Positions 19,385-30,264 of a DNA stretch of 64,000 bases are shown here, piece by piece. Under the pieces are notes generated by a model, which was not told the DNA's origin, did no database searches, and saw only the letters and a program-made list of their open reading frames with translations. The DNA is from a bacterium. GTDB lineage: Bacteria; UBA8248. How positions within the stretch are numbered: the stretch's first letter is position 1; each line of letters begins with the position of its first letter. The position numbers and the translations under genes were made by a program. The stretch is from the NCBI GenBank assembly GCA_965261085.1, contig OZ253442.1:1920001-1984000 (forward strand), written 5' to 3'.

Positions 19385-21076
19385 CTATTCGTCCGTCACG
19401 CATCCCTCGGATGCCGAAGATACGCACTTGGCGTACTTGTAGAGCGTGCCCTTAGTGAATTTAAGCGGTGGCGCGCTCCAATTCTCGCGGCGCCTCTCTA
19501 TCTCTGCCTCGGGCACTTTTAGTTCCGTGACGCGTTTTTGGGCGTCGATCAAAACGATGTCGTCGTCTTCGATGAGAGCGAGCAGGCCGCCGGTTTGGGC
19601 TTCGGGCGTGACGTGTCCGACGACAAAACCATGGGTGCCGCCCGAGAATCTGCCATCCGTGATGAGGGCCAGGTCGTTCCCGAGGCCAGCCCCCATGATA
19701 GCGGACGTGACTGTCAGCATCTCCCGCATACCGGGGCCGCCCTTTGGGCCTTCATACCGAATGATGACGACATCCCCTTTTTGAATTTTCTTTTCTTCCA
19801 AACCTTTGAGGGCGTCTTCCTCGGAGTCGAAACAACGTGCGGGACCCTCGAAACGCTCTCCTTCTTTTCCTGTGAGCTTGGCGACGGCGCCCTCGCTCGC
19901 GAGATTTCCATATAGGATTTGGAGGTGCCCCGTTTTCTTAATGGGAGATGCAAGCGGCACGATGACTTTCTGGCCGGAATGAAGGTCCGACAAGGCCTCG
20001 ATGTTCTCTCCGAGTGTTTTACCCGTGACGGTAAGGCAATCGCCTTGGAGCAGGCCTTCTTTTAAGAGTAGTTTTTGGACGGCTGGCACACCTCCCACGT
20101 TGTGTAAGTCTTCCATGACGAATTGTCCACTGGGCTTCAAATCCGCGATGTAGGGTGTTCTGTCGCTGATTTCCTGAAAATCGTCAATGGTGAGTTCGAC
20201 CCCGACGGCCTTGGCGATGGCGATGTAGTGCATGACGGCGTTGGTTGAGCCACCGAGCGCCATGATGATGGTAATCGCATTCTCAATTGCTTCTCTCGTC
20301 ATGATGTCACTGGGCTTGATGTCGTTCTCGAGCAAATGATAAATGGCTTTTCCCACATTGAGACACTCGTTTTTCTTGGCCTCGCTCATAGCGGGATTCG
20401 ATGCGCTGTATGGCAGGCTCATGCCCAGCGTTTCGATTGATGAAGACATCGTGTTCGCCGTGTACATGCCCCCGCAAGCGCCGCCGCTCGGGCAGGCATG
20501 CCGGATAATCGACTGAAAACGCTCTTCGTCAATTTTATCGGAGAAATATTCCCCGTAGGCCTGGAAGGCGGAAACCACATCCAACTTGTCCCCATTGAGA
20601 AACCCAGGGCTGATGGTGCCGCCATAGACCATCAGGCTGGGCCGATCGAGTCGCGCCATAGCGATGATGGAGCCGGGCATATTCTTGTCGCATCCGGGAA
20701 GCGTGACCAGGGCGTCGTACCATTGTGCGCCAACGACGGTTTCAATCGAATCGGCGATGAGGTCCCGGGATTGCAAGGAGTATTTCATGCCCTCCGTGCC
20801 CATGGAGATGCCGTCGCTTACCCCGATGGTATTGAAAATGAGACCGACCATTTTTTTGTCGGCATTCACGCTTTGCTTGATGTATTCGGCGAGCTTGTTG
20901 AGATGAAAATTGCAAGAATTTCCCTCCCACCACATGCTGGCGATCCCAATTTGGGGATTGTTCATGTCTATTTCATCCAGCCCCGCACCATAGAGCATTG
21001 CCTGAGAAGCGGCTTGTGATGGAGGCTGGGTGATGCGTCGGCTAAATCGGTTCAACGCTGTTTTCTGCTCCGTCAT
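19385..21076 (-). CDS. ilvD: dihydroxy-acid dehydratase
   Basis: [53 protein letters not shown]. Confidence 0.97.
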   Translation of the reverse strand: MTEQKTALNRFSRRITQPPSQAASQAMLYGAGLDEIDMNNPQIGIASMWWEGNSCNFHLNKLAEYIKQSVNADKKMVGLIFNTIGVSDGISMGTEGMKYSLQSRDLIADSIETVVGAQWYDALVTLPGCDKNMPGSIIAMARLDRPSLMVYGGTISPGFLNGDKLDVVSAFQAYGEYFSDKIDEERFQSIIRHACPSGGACGGMYTANTMSSSIETLGMSLPYSASNPAMSEAKKNECLNVGKAIYHLLENDIKPSDIMTREAIENAITIIMALGGSTNAVMHYIAIAKAVGVELTIDDFQEISDRTPYIADLKPSGQFVMEDLHNVGGVPAVQKLLLKEGLLQGDCLTVTGKTLGENIEALSDLHSGQKVIVPLASPIKKTGHLQILYGNLASEGAVAKLTGKEGERFEGPARCFDSEEDALKGLEEKKIQKGDVVIIRYEGPKGGPGMREMLTVTSAIMGAGLGNDLALITDGRFSGGTHGFVVGHVTPEAQTGGLLALIEDDDIVLIDAQKRVTELKVPEAEIERRRENWSAPPLKFTKGTLYKYAKCVSSASEGCVTDE

Positions 21077-21227
21077 CTTCTTTTCTCCTTATTTACTCGT
21101 TGCCTTGCCGATACAACGATTCAAATCGCGATACGATGATTTTTCGTGTTTGAGACGAACATATTTTCATCAAATGGTAGCGTAGTCTCCAGCATATCTG
21201 AACAATACGACGACATCATGAATGACT

Positions 21228-22496
21228 CTACCATAACCTCAGGAAAATCGTGGATGGGAAGTCCTGAGTAGTATGGGGAGAAGACTTTTTCTTTGAAGGT
21301 TGTGATGACTTGGTTTCGGGAGGCACTACGGGGGGGCTTTCTATTTTTTCGGGGTTTTCCAATAACGAAGCGGCCATGGGTGTGTGAATTGGTGATTCTT
21401 CGGGGCTCGTCTTTGTTTGTTTCTCCTCATGATTCATTTTTTTTGCCAAGCGTTGATTCGTTTGGGTCCGTGTTGTGGTGAGGGCATTTTGTTTCTCGTG
21501 GGTGATTTCCATTTGGGGTTCTTGGCCTGACGAAATAGCCGCATCCGCCCGTCGGGTTTGGGTCGCCTGCACCTTTTGTTCAGGATGCGAACCATTGTGA
21601 TTAGGCGTCTGTTTCGGTTTTTTCTCGTTGAAATTCGCTTTTTTGATGTTTGGGGCCCATCTTTCTGCAGACTTGGAAGAGGGTGCCATTTTTGGTTCTT
21701 GGGCTTTGAATCTTCTTTTTTTCTTTGGGCTTTGTTTTGCTTTAGGTGTGGGTTTGGGAGTTTGTTTTTGGGGTGTTTGAACCCGATTTCTTTTGATGTG
21801 AATCTTTTTCCCTCTGCATTCGCGGAGACGGTCCAGACGTTGGGCATCCAGGGGTTGAGAACAGGCATCGCGCGCATTCGAATTATGCGCGATTTCTATC
21901 CCATCAATGAATCCATCCCCATCGCTATCGGCGAGTAATGGGTTCAAGCCGCGTGATATTTCATCTCCATCGTCAAGAAGGTCACCATCCGTATCCGCTT
22001 TGAGCGGGTTGGTTCGGTACCGGCGTACTTCCAGGGAATCGGAAACTTTATCCCCATCTGTATCTGCATTGTCAGGTTTCGTTTTATATTTACGATATTC
22101 CGTGAGATCGGTGAGTCCATCGCCATCCGTATCGACACATTGTTTTTTTTGTATCTTCTCTTCCGCTCGCTTGATGGCCGCACGCGCCCGCATGATGAAC
22201 CGGGTTAGTTGCGCCATGGTGGCGGTTCTTTTCTCCTCCACCGCCTGATAAACAGCGAAACGCGCTACTCCGAAGAGCACGGGGTCGCAAAGTCCCAAGT
22301 CGCCTTTTAGGTCGAGTTGGCCGAACTCACGGGTCAATTGGGTAAACTCCACTTCAATGGCGTTTTTCAGAATTTTGACGGAACCCGTTTTCACCTTGGG
22401 AAGGAAAGCGTCACTACAGCCGGACAGGCTTATCCCGATGGCGAATATGGTGAAGAGCGGTATCAATCTGAACAAATGCTTTTTCGCGTCATACAA
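21228..22496 (-). CDS. lipoprotein with DxDGD calcium-binding repeats and disordered basic tail
   Basis: Signal peptide with LSGC lipobox; four D(T/S)DGD repeats; K/P/Q-rich C-terminal half. Confidence 0.7.
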   Translation of the reverse strand: MYDAKKHLFRLIPLFTIFAIGISLSGCSDAFLPKVKTGSVKILKNAIEVEFTQLTREFGQLDLKGDLGLCDPVLFGVARFAVYQAVEEKRTATMAQLTRFIMRARAAIKRAEEKIQKKQCVDTDGDGLTDLTEYRKYKTKPDNADTDGDKVSDSLEVRRYRTNPLKADTDGDLLDDGDEISRGLNPLLADSDGDGFIDGIEIAHNSNARDACSQPLDAQRLDRLRECRGKKIHIKRNRVQTPQKQTPKPTPKAKQSPKKKRRFKAQEPKMAPSSKSAERWAPNIKKANFNEKKPKQTPNHNGSHPEQKVQATQTRRADAAISSGQEPQMEITHEKQNALTTTRTQTNQRLAKKMNHEEKQTKTSPEESPIHTPMAASLLENPEKIESPPVVPPETKSSQPSKKKSSPHTTQDFPSTIFLRLW

Positions 22497-22631
22497 TTTT
22501 CAGTATCCCCACGATTCATCACTTTTGATTTGCATGCGCTCTATACTTGCGTACCATACATCAATTGTCGGCTGCATTTCACATCTCATTGTTGTTATTG
22601 CCATTATTTATTTCAACCCGGGGAAGAAGCA

Positions 22632-23405
22632 TTGAACAATTCCCAAATAAAACTCACCGAGAAAGCAGCGGAATGGGTTTTGGAATCTAACTCAACGGTG
22701 TGTCTTACCGGAGCCGGCATAAGTACTGAAAGCGGCATTCCCGATTTCAGGTCCAAAGGAGGGATTTGGGATCGATTTGACCCCAAAGATTTCGATATTC
22801 GCCGATGGCTGGCTTCTGGCGACATACAAAAACGCTACTGGGAAGTCGCTCAAGATGGGTACAACTTGGTCCGAAATGCACTACCCTCTGATGGACATAT
22901 CGCCTTGGCGAGATTATCCCGGCACGGTCGCTTGAAATTACTGGTGACGCAAAATACGGATGGCCTTCACCAGAAAGCGGGCCATGACCCGGAGAAGATT
23001 GTGGAGTTGCACGGGACGAGTCATCTGTGTGTTTGTGTGGGGTGTGGGGCTAAATTGCCTCGCCCCGAGGTGCACGTGCGGGTTCAGGGCGGTGAAACAA
23101 TACCAAAGTGCAAGGACTGTGGATGCCTGCTGAAGCCGGATGCCGTTTTCTTTGGAGAGGGGTTGTCCCCGGAAAAGTTGTCCCGGGCCGTTGATGCTTC
23201 TAAAGAGGCCGATGTTTTCCTGGTCGCCGGTTCCTCATTGTCGGTGAGGCCGGCGGGCGGCTTGCCCGAGCGCGCCCGCAAAGCTGGCGCGCGCCTCATC
23301 ATCATAAACGAAGGCCCCACTCGTTTTGACGCCAAAGCGGACATACGGATTCAGGGAAAAACGGGTGATGTTCTACCTGCGCTCGTAGATGCGGTTCTTG
23401 CCTGA
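22632..23405 (+). CDS. cobB: NAD-dependent protein deacylase (sirtuin)
   Basis: TGAGISTESGIPDFR, TQNTDGLH, ELHG, CxxC..CxxC, LKPDAVFFGE; probable TTG start at 22632. Confidence 0.9.
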   Translation: MNNSQIKLTEKAAEWVLESNSTVCLTGAGISTESGIPDFRSKGGIWDRFDPKDFDIRRWLASGDIQKRYWEVAQDGYNLVRNALPSDGHIALARLSRHGRLKLLVTQNTDGLHQKAGHDPEKIVELHGTSHLCVCVGCGAKLPRPEVHVRVQGGETIPKCKDCGCLLKPDAVFFGEGLSPEKLSRAVDASKEADVFLVAGSSLSVRPAGGLPERARKAGARLIIINEGPTRFDAKADIRIQGKTGDVLPALVDAVLA

Positions 23406-23570
23406 ACAGGTTCAGACGATGGATTTTTGATCTTCAATTCCCTGGATGATAGAGTCGGTGGCGAATCCTGGGGATATCCCCAGATTTGTATCGCCCGGGG
23501 ATTCAACAGATGTCCGATGACATCCTCTGGGATGTTCTTTGCGCTACAATTCTAAGAAGGAGGAGCGCTT

Positions 23571-24506
23571 GTGGCCACGCATGAACTGGATACCACTGTC
23601 GATACCTGCCATTGGGGGTTTTATGATTCCGCCCTCGCTCCCGTCATGACAATCGCCTCTGGCGATACGCTCGTCGTGAAAACCGAATCGGGGCGGAAAG
23701 ATTTTTTAAAAAAATATCCAGAGAGACTTTCTGAAAATCTCAGAAAAATTTTGGAGACCATGGAGCCGGGCCCGGGGGCGCATATCATGACGGGCCCCGT
23801 GGCCATCGAGGGCGCCGAGCCCGGCGACGTGTTGGAAATCAAGATTCATGAGGTCAAACCCCGCTATGATTGGGGCTACAACGGATTCAGACCCTTGGTG
23901 GGCGGTCTGCCGGAGGATTTTCCTTATACGAGAATGGTGATTGTCGAGGTTGACGAAGAGAACGGAACGGGTGACTGGGGCGCGGGGGTCAAGGTGCCGC
24001 TCGGGCCTTTTTTCGGGAATTTCGGGGTGGCGCCGTCTTCAGCGCTTGGGCGTGTGCCCACGATTCCGCCCGGGGAGTGGGGAGGAAACACGGATTGTAA
24101 GGAATTTACGGCCGGCTCGACGATTTATTTGCCGATTTTCAACGAAAGCGCTTTATTCTCCGCGGGAGACGGGCATGGCTGCCAGGGGGACGGTGAGGCG
24201 AATATCAACGGGATAGAGATGGGCCTCATCGGTACTTTCGTGATGAACGTTCGCAAGGACATGAACATCAAAACGCCGCGCGCGGAAACGAAATCTCACT
24301 ACATTTTGATGGGTTTTGATCCGATTTTGGATAATGCGGCGAAGATGGCTTTACGGGAGACGATTCAATTCCTGGGTGAGCTTCGCGGCATGAGCCCCGA
24401 TGATGCGTATAGGCTATGCAGCTTGGCGGTCGACCTGCGCGTCACCCAAATCGTGAACGGAACCAAGGGCGTTCACGCGATGGTGCCCAAATCTTTGTTT
24501 GAATGA
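23571..24506 (+). CDS. acetamidase/formamidase family protein (paralog 1)
   Basis: HIMTGPV, GAEPGD, GGNTD, GDGHGCQGDGE, AYRLCSL. Confidence 0.9.
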   Translation: MATHELDTTVDTCHWGFYDSALAPVMTIASGDTLVVKTESGRKDFLKKYPERLSENLRKILETMEPGPGAHIMTGPVAIEGAEPGDVLEIKIHEVKPRYDWGYNGFRPLVGGLPEDFPYTRMVIVEVDEENGTGDWGAGVKVPLGPFFGNFGVAPSSALGRVPTIPPGEWGGNTDCKEFTAGSTIYLPIFNESALFSAGDGHGCQGDGEANINGIEMGLIGTFVMNVRKDMNIKTPRAETKSHYILMGFDPILDNAAKMALRETIQFLGELRGMSPDDAYRLCSLAVDLRVTQIVNGTKGVHAMVPKSLFE

Positions 24507-24531
24507 GTTTCATTTTTAGAAGGGGCCATCG

Positions 24532-25479
24532 TTGCCCGAGCACGTGATTACGCAAAACCCCGACAACATTCAGTGGGGTTATTATGACGCCGTACTTTCT
24601 CCGGTTCTCACCGTGGTTTCGGGCGATGTGATCGAAATTCACACGGAACCGGGAATCAGGACCCTTGAGTCTCCGATTCGAGAAAGAGCGTCTGAAAACC
24701 TGCGTCATATAGCCGAGCGCGGAAAGAGGGATCTGGGCGGCCATATCCTCACGGGACCCATCGCGGTGGAAGGGGCCGTGGCGGGAGATGTCCTGGAGGT
24801 GAGATTTCTGGATATCTGGCCGCGCTATGATTGGGGCTTTAACGTCATCCGGCCCCTAGCGGGAGGTTTACCCGAGGATTTCCCGTATTCGAGAACAGTG
24901 ATCGTGGAAATCGACGAAGAGACGAATACAGGTGACTGGGGAGCAGGCGTGAAAGTGCCGCTTAGTCCTTATTTCGGTAATTTCGGTGTGGCGCCGCCCA
25001 GCGATTTTGGTCGTGTTCCATCCACTCCTCCGGGAATCTGGGGAGGAAACATGGACAACAAGGAACTCATCGCGGGTTCTCGCGCTTATCTTCCCGTATT
25101 CCACGATGGCGCTTTGTTCGCAATAGGTGACGGACACGGCTGCCAAGGGGATGGAGAGAGCTGTCTGTCGGCCTTGGAATGCGGTATGTCCGCGAAAATC
25201 GAACTCATTGTCCGAAAAGATTTGAATTTGGAAATGCCCCGCGCGGAGACGACCACGCATCATGTTCTCATGGGATTCGACCCTATTCTCGATAACGCAG
25301 CCAAAATGGCTCTCAGGGAGACAATCAAGTTTTTGGGGAAATTGTGTGGCATGAGCAAAGATGATGCGTATACGTTGTGCAGCCTGGCCGTGGATCTGCG
25401 CATTACGCAGATTGTGAATGGGGTCAAAGGCGTTCACGCGATGCTGCCGAAAGAAATTCTTGATGAAGGAGTGTGTTGA
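24532..25479 (+). CDS. acetamidase/formamidase family protein (paralog 2)
   Basis: HILTGPI, GGNMD, GDGHGCQGDGE. Confidence 0.9.
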   Translation: MPEHVITQNPDNIQWGYYDAVLSPVLTVVSGDVIEIHTEPGIRTLESPIRERASENLRHIAERGKRDLGGHILTGPIAVEGAVAGDVLEVRFLDIWPRYDWGFNVIRPLAGGLPEDFPYSRTVIVEIDEETNTGDWGAGVKVPLSPYFGNFGVAPPSDFGRVPSTPPGIWGGNMDNKELIAGSRAYLPVFHDGALFAIGDGHGCQGDGESCLSALECGMSAKIELIVRKDLNLEMPRAETTTHHVLMGFDPILDNAAKMALRETIKFLGKLCGMSKDDAYTLCSLAVDLRITQIVNGVKGVHAMLPKEILDEGVC

Positions 25480-26414
25480 TGGCGACTCATGAATTGGTTG
25501 CGAATCCGGATACCGTTCATTGGGGTCATTATGACGCCTCACTGGAGCCTGTGATGCGGATTCGCTCCGGCGATACGCTGGAGGTTCATACGGAATCCGG
25601 CAGAGAAGAATATCTGGCGGAACTCGGAGAACGGGCATCCCGGAATTTGCGGGATATTGTTTCGCAAGTCCCCCAAGAACTTGGTCCCCATATCATGACG
25701 GGCCCTGTCTCTATAGAAGATGCTCGGCCTGGAGACGTGCTGGAAGTTCGTATCCACGAGGTCAAGACGCGCTATGACTGGGGATATAACTCCATCCGGC
25801 CGATGATGGGAGGATTACCGGAAGATTTTCCGTATACGCGCACCGTCATAGTGGATCTCGATTTGGAAGCGCAAACAGGAGACTGGGGCGCGGGCGTCAA
25901 GGTGCCTCTGCGGCCGTATTTCGGGAATTTTGGTGTGGCGCCCCCGCCTTCCGTAGGCCGGGTGGGGAGCTATCCTCCGGGCGCCTGGGGCGGGAATTTG
26001 GATAACAAAGAACTCATTTCGGGTTCTATCGCCTATTTCCCTATTTTCAATGAGGGCGCGTTGTTTTCCGTAGGCGATGGGCATGGCTGCCAGGGAGATG
26101 GGGAGGCTTGCTTGACGGCCATTGAAACGGGCCTCTCGGGGACGATGGAAATTATCGTCCGAAAGGATTTGCACTTGGAAAATCCCCGTGCGGAAACCGA
26201 TACGCATTATATCTTGATGGGGTTTGACCCCATCCTTGATAACGCGGCCAAAATGGCGCTCCGGGAGACGATTCAGTTTCTCGGAGAGTTGCGAGGCATG
26301 AGCAGAGATGACGCCTATACGCTTTGCAGCCTCGCTGTGGACTTGCGGGTCACGCAAATCGTGAATGGCGTGAAAGGGGTTCACGCCATGCTGCCGAAAT
26401 CATTATTCACATAA
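25479..26414 (+). CDS. acetamidase/formamidase family protein (paralog 3)
   Basis: HIMTGPV, GGNLD, GDGHGCQGDGE; the start overlaps the previous stop. Confidence 0.9.
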   Translation: MATHELVANPDTVHWGHYDASLEPVMRIRSGDTLEVHTESGREEYLAELGERASRNLRDIVSQVPQELGPHIMTGPVSIEDARPGDVLEVRIHEVKTRYDWGYNSIRPMMGGLPEDFPYTRTVIVDLDLEAQTGDWGAGVKVPLRPYFGNFGVAPPPSVGRVGSYPPGAWGGNLDNKELISGSIAYFPIFNEGALFSVGDGHGCQGDGEACLTAIETGLSGTMEIIVRKDLHLENPRAETDTHYILMGFDPILDNAAKMALRETIQFLGELRGMSRDDAYTLCSLAVDLRVTQIVNGVKGVHAMLPKSLFT

Positions 26415-26448
26415 TCGGCGTGCTTAGATTTTATAGGAGGGATAAAAA

Positions 26449-26811
26449 TTGAGCCAGAATGTTGCGCCGAAGCGGCCAGAGTATATTCCCGGAACGCCCG
26501 AGGAACTGGATGCCGTAATCGCGGCTCCTGATAATCACGAAATTATTTTCGAGAACGAGCGGGTCCGTGTTTTACGAGTGACGATCCAACCCGGCGAACT
26601 GGAAAGCGAGCATACGCATAAATGGGAGAGTGTTTTTACGATCGTGAATTTTCCGAAAATCAGCTATTGCAATGAAAAGGGCGAGGCTTGCGCCATCAGC
26701 GAAGATCGCAAAGAAGGCATTCCTTTCTGGCTGGGTAGAGAGGGTTTGCACGCTGTAGAGAATCATGGAGATAAACCTCTTGAAGCGATTCGCGTCGAAC
26801 TCAAAGACTAA
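26449..26811 (+). CDS. cupin-like protein
   Basis: AAPDNHEIIFENERVRVL, PGE..HTH, HAVEN..RVELK. Confidence 0.8.
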   Translation: MSQNVAPKRPEYIPGTPEELDAVIAAPDNHEIIFENERVRVLRVTIQPGELESEHTHKWESVFTIVNFPKISYCNEKGEACAISEDRKEGIPFWLGREGLHAVENHGDKPLEAIRVELKD

Positions 26812-26922
26812 TTTCTAAGGTGTTGGAATTCTGCGCGCTCTCGCATGATTTCCCGCTGAAAAGGGAAGTCAGCCCAGTGCGCGTCTCATCGGAATTTTAT
26901 CGTACATATCAGGGAGTAGTGA

Positions 26923-28044
26923 ATGAACACTGAAAATAGAAAAAGAGCGCCCATCGGCTTGGCCATCGTCGGTTGCGGGACAATCGGTAGAGTCCGTGCT
27001 GAATTCGCCCGAGACTATCCGGGCGTCGAGTGGCTGGGCCTTTGTGACATCAACGAGAAAGTGGGGAGGAAACTCGCCGAGGAAACGAAAGCCGATTTTT
27101 TCACCACGGACTACAAAGAGCTTTTGGCCCGACCGGAGGTGACGGCTTCCATTATCGCCACGGAGGAAAACGAGCACGTAGATCCCATATTGGCTTCGGT
27201 GGATGGGGGCCATGCCTTGTTTATCGAGAAACCCCTGGCCACGAATGCGGCGGATTCCGCCCGGGTTCTCAAAGCCATCGAAGACGCAGGCCTGGATGCG
27301 GTTGTCGGCTATACCCAGCGTTTCAGAAGACGATTTTTGGTCGCCAAGGAAAAGATTCGCACCGGTCAATTGGGAGACGTCACCACGGTTGTCACGAGAG
27401 CGTTCATGAACCGCCTGGTGCCCATCGCCACAGTAACGAAAACTGAATACCGGGGCATCCTCACGCCGATGGTCGTCTCGGGGACGCACAGCCTCGATAT
27501 CTGTATGTGGCTGATGGACGGGAAAACGCCTGTCGAAGTCTATGCGCGTTCGATGGATAAGGCGCTCGGCGCTACTTATGGCACCAAGGACGCGACTTTA
27601 GGCATCTTCACCTTTGATGATGGCACGATATGGAGCATGAATATCTCATGGGCGTTGCCGACGGTTTGGCCCGGCTCCGTCTATAGCCTGGAAATCGGCA
27701 TCGTAGGCACCGAGGGTGTTCTCACCATCGACGACACGCATAGAGATTTAGTGCTCGCAAGCGAAAATGCGCAACCGGCGGGTTATACGCCCGATGTGAA
27801 GCGAAACGTCGATTTTCTGACGAGTTATCCACCTGGAGACATCGCATTCGGTCAACTCTGGGGTCCGATGCGAGAAGAAACCAACGCGTGGTTCGGGCGT
27901 GTGCATACAGGCCTGAAAACACCACATGCCACCGTACAAGACGGACACAGAAATCTGCTGCTCACCATGGCGATGGATGTTTCCGCAAACCGAAAAGCGC
28001 CTGTTCAACTTCCCATGGCCATCGACGAGTATGCGGAATTGTAG
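26923..28044 (+). CDS. Gfo/Idh/MocA oxidoreductase
   Basis: VGCGTIG, LFIEKPLA, GYTQRF, THSLD. Confidence 0.9.
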   Translation: MNTENRKRAPIGLAIVGCGTIGRVRAEFARDYPGVEWLGLCDINEKVGRKLAEETKADFFTTDYKELLARPEVTASIIATEENEHVDPILASVDGGHALFIEKPLATNAADSARVLKAIEDAGLDAVVGYTQRFRRRFLVAKEKIRTGQLGDVTTVVTRAFMNRLVPIATVTKTEYRGILTPMVVSGTHSLDICMWLMDGKTPVEVYARSMDKALGATYGTKDATLGIFTFDDGTIWSMNISWALPTVWPGSVYSLEIGIVGTEGVLTIDDTHRDLVLASENAQPAGYTPDVKRNVDFLTSYPPGDIAFGQLWGPMREETNAWFGRVHTGLKTPHATVQDGHRNLLLTMAMDVSANRKAPVQLPMAIDEYAEL

Positions 28045-28072
28045 ATACTTCAAATGATAGAGAGGAAAATGG

Positions 28073-28471
28073 ATGCCTTTTTATGAAATCGAGGGAATGA
28101 AGGAAAACAACAGCAAAACGAATCCCAAAGTCAGGGCGAAAAGCGTTGTGGGCGAATTCATGAAAGTGGGTATCGTGACGAAGCCGGAGGGTGAAGGTCC
28201 TCCGCTGCACATGCACCCGAATGAAGAGCAGTTCACACTTATTCTGGATGGCAAGCTGCACTATATACTGGGAGAGGAAGACAAGATTGTAGAGCATGGG
28301 GATTTGATTCACATTCCCAGGCACACGAATCACAGAAGCCGGGCTGTTGATGGAGAAGCCACCTTTTTCACCGTCAAGTTCCCTGCCGGAACGGGGGAAC
28401 TCGATGAGGATTACAACATGGCGCAAGGAGCCGAGGAAGCAGAAAAGAAATATCCCGGAACCTCGGCATAA
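28073..28471 (+). CDS. cupin domain protein
   Basis: HMHPNEEQ...G and GDLIHIP...H cupin motifs. Confidence 0.85.
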   Translation: MPFYEIEGMKENNSKTNPKVRAKSVVGEFMKVGIVTKPEGEGPPLHMHPNEEQFTLILDGKLHYILGEEDKIVEHGDLIHIPRHTNHRSRAVDGEATFFTVKFPAGTGELDEDYNMAQGAEEAEKKYPGTSA

Positions 28472-28495
28472 CATGAGATTGCATGGTTATTTCCG

Positions 28496-28954
28496 ATGAA
28501 AGAAAAGTATTTTGAGGATTTCAAGGTCGGCGAGAAGTTCCATACGGCAGAAAAAACACTCTCCACGGAAGAAATCATAGAGTTTGCCAAGTTATATGAC
28601 CCGCAGCCATTCCATATCGATGAGGAAGCAGCGGCCGCGTCTCCATATGGCGGCATCATCGCCAGTGGGTTTCATACGATAGGCACGTCGTTTCGTCTGT
28701 TTATCGATACGGGTGTTATCGGGACCACGGGGATGGGTTCACCCGGCATGGATTCCGTCCGCTGGATAAAACCCGTTCGTCCTGGAGACACCTTGCGTGT
28801 CGAGGCGGAAGTCCTTGAGGCGAGAGCGTCCCGTTCGACTTCTGGCCGCGGGATCATCCTCATGGATTTCAGGACGTTCAACCAGGAAAACGAACTGGTG
28901 CTCTCATTGCGGGGCGTGCATTTGGTGCGCAGACGAGATGACGGAAATATATAG
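28496..28954 (+). CDS. MaoC family dehydratase
   Basis: YFEDF, YDPQPFHIDEEAA, IIASGFHT, PVRPGD. Confidence 0.92.
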   Translation: MKEKYFEDFKVGEKFHTAEKTLSTEEIIEFAKLYDPQPFHIDEEAAAASPYGGIIASGFHTIGTSFRLFIDTGVIGTTGMGSPGMDSVRWIKPVRPGDTLRVEAEVLEARASRSTSGRGIILMDFRTFNQENELVLSLRGVHLVRRRDDGNI

Positions 28955-29086
28955 GCAAGGCGTATGTGATACGTTTGCGCCCGACTCTTCTGGTTTCAGC
29001 CAGTGAGGATAGGCTCCTCCTCGACTGTCTATGAATCGAAAATGCTGTCGCCCGTCGTTTCAGGAAATGTGCAAAATCCCCGATTT

Positions 29087-29740
29087 TCAGTGGTGGGCAT
29101 GCGTCATCGCCGCCATGATCGCTTGTTCTATTTCCATAATCGCCCCACTGACTTCACGGCCGATGAGATCCAACTTGCGAATCTGATCGATACGAGGACG
29201 GATCCGATGAATCTCCTTGCCGGAAAACACGTCACGCAGAATGTTGCATGCATCAGCAAGGCAGATAATAGCGACATCTTTTGGATCTGGAGTTTCATCC
29301 GATAGTAATACGCCGGTGATGCGCAGCTTCACTTCACGCTCGGCGCGGCCATCGATCATCGGATATCTCCGCGCCCGGAAGACCCAAAGGAACTTTTCCT
29401 CCTGGGATTCCAGAATGCCGTTGTCGATCAGGCTGGACAATGACTGATTGCGGATTTCTGTAGCCTCCCGGGAAATTGTTTCAATCCAGGCCTTTGTATC
29501 CCTGGTTTCGGTGGAACCCGCAATGCTGTCGAGAATCCGGTCATGCACCGGGTGGCCGATCGGGTTTTTATCCAGAACCATCAACTGGTTGGGGTCGGTG
29601 TCGATGCGGTTTGCAAATGCCAGATCCATTAGCACCGCGCCCGCGAGCACATATCCCATCGTGCTTTCGCGAATGGGTAGGAACGAACCTTTCTCGTCAT
29701 CCAACATCAGCAACAGGATTTCATCGACAAATGTCAGCAT
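29087..29740 (-). CDS. GPP34/GOLPH3-like family protein
   Basis: LTFVDEILLLMLDDEKG, LAGAVLMDL, L..GIL..EEKFLWVF..RYP pattern. Confidence 0.8.
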   Translation of the reverse strand: MLTFVDEILLLMLDDEKGSFLPIRESTMGYVLAGAVLMDLAFANRIDTDPNQLMVLDKNPIGHPVHDRILDSIAGSTETRDTKAWIETISREATEIRNQSLSSLIDNGILESQEEKFLWVFRARRYPMIDGRAEREVKLRITGVLLSDETPDPKDVAIICLADACNILRDVFSGKEIHRIRPRIDQIRKLDLIGREVSGAIMEIEQAIMAAMTHAHH

Positions 29741-29751
29741 GGAGTGCTCCT

Positions 29752-30090
29752 TTATGAAACCGCCGCGAGGGCTGCCTCACGGGTGTCGTGGCAATCGATT
29801 ACGGTATGGAAACCGCTGGTTTCTATCACTGACTTGCAATCGGGCTGTAGCGAGCAGATCATCAATTTGCCGCCGTTTTGCTGGCATTTTCTGGCGCCTG
29901 TGAGAAATATGCGCAGCCCGGCGCTGCTGACGTATGTCATTCCTCCGCAATCAAGCAGGACATGCACATCACCACGATCGACGATTTCCGAAATCCGGTT
30001 TTCCAGTTCCGGTGCGGTGGTGCCGTCGACACGCCCTTCAATGTTAATGACGATCACAGAATCCGCTTTTTCTTCCCCGATATTCATCAT
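29752..30090 (-). CDS. STAS domain anti-anti-sigma factor
   Basis: GRVDGTTAPEL, YVSSAGLR phosphoacceptor motif. Confidence 0.9.
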   Translation of the reverse strand: MMNIGEEKADSVIVINIEGRVDGTTAPELENRISEIVDRGDVHVLLDCGGMTYVSSAGLRIFLTGARKCQQNGGKLMICSLQPDCKSVIETSGFHTVIDCHDTREAALAAVS

Positions 30091-30264
30091 GGCGTGATGT
30101 TCTCCTGAATGGCTAGCGCAATTTAGTGTTCATTTCAAATGTAGTCCAACGTCTAGTTGCTTGCAACTCATTTTTTTTCCCGCGAGGACACTCTCACAAT
30201 TATTGATTCCAGAATGAAGGGCCGACTATTTTGTCAATTTTCCCTCACAAAATGTCAAAATGTT

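Noticed and set aside
22632-23405. Sirtuin as a SIR2 defence effector
   Set aside because: Ordinary CobB-type length, zinc module and motifs in a housekeeping context.
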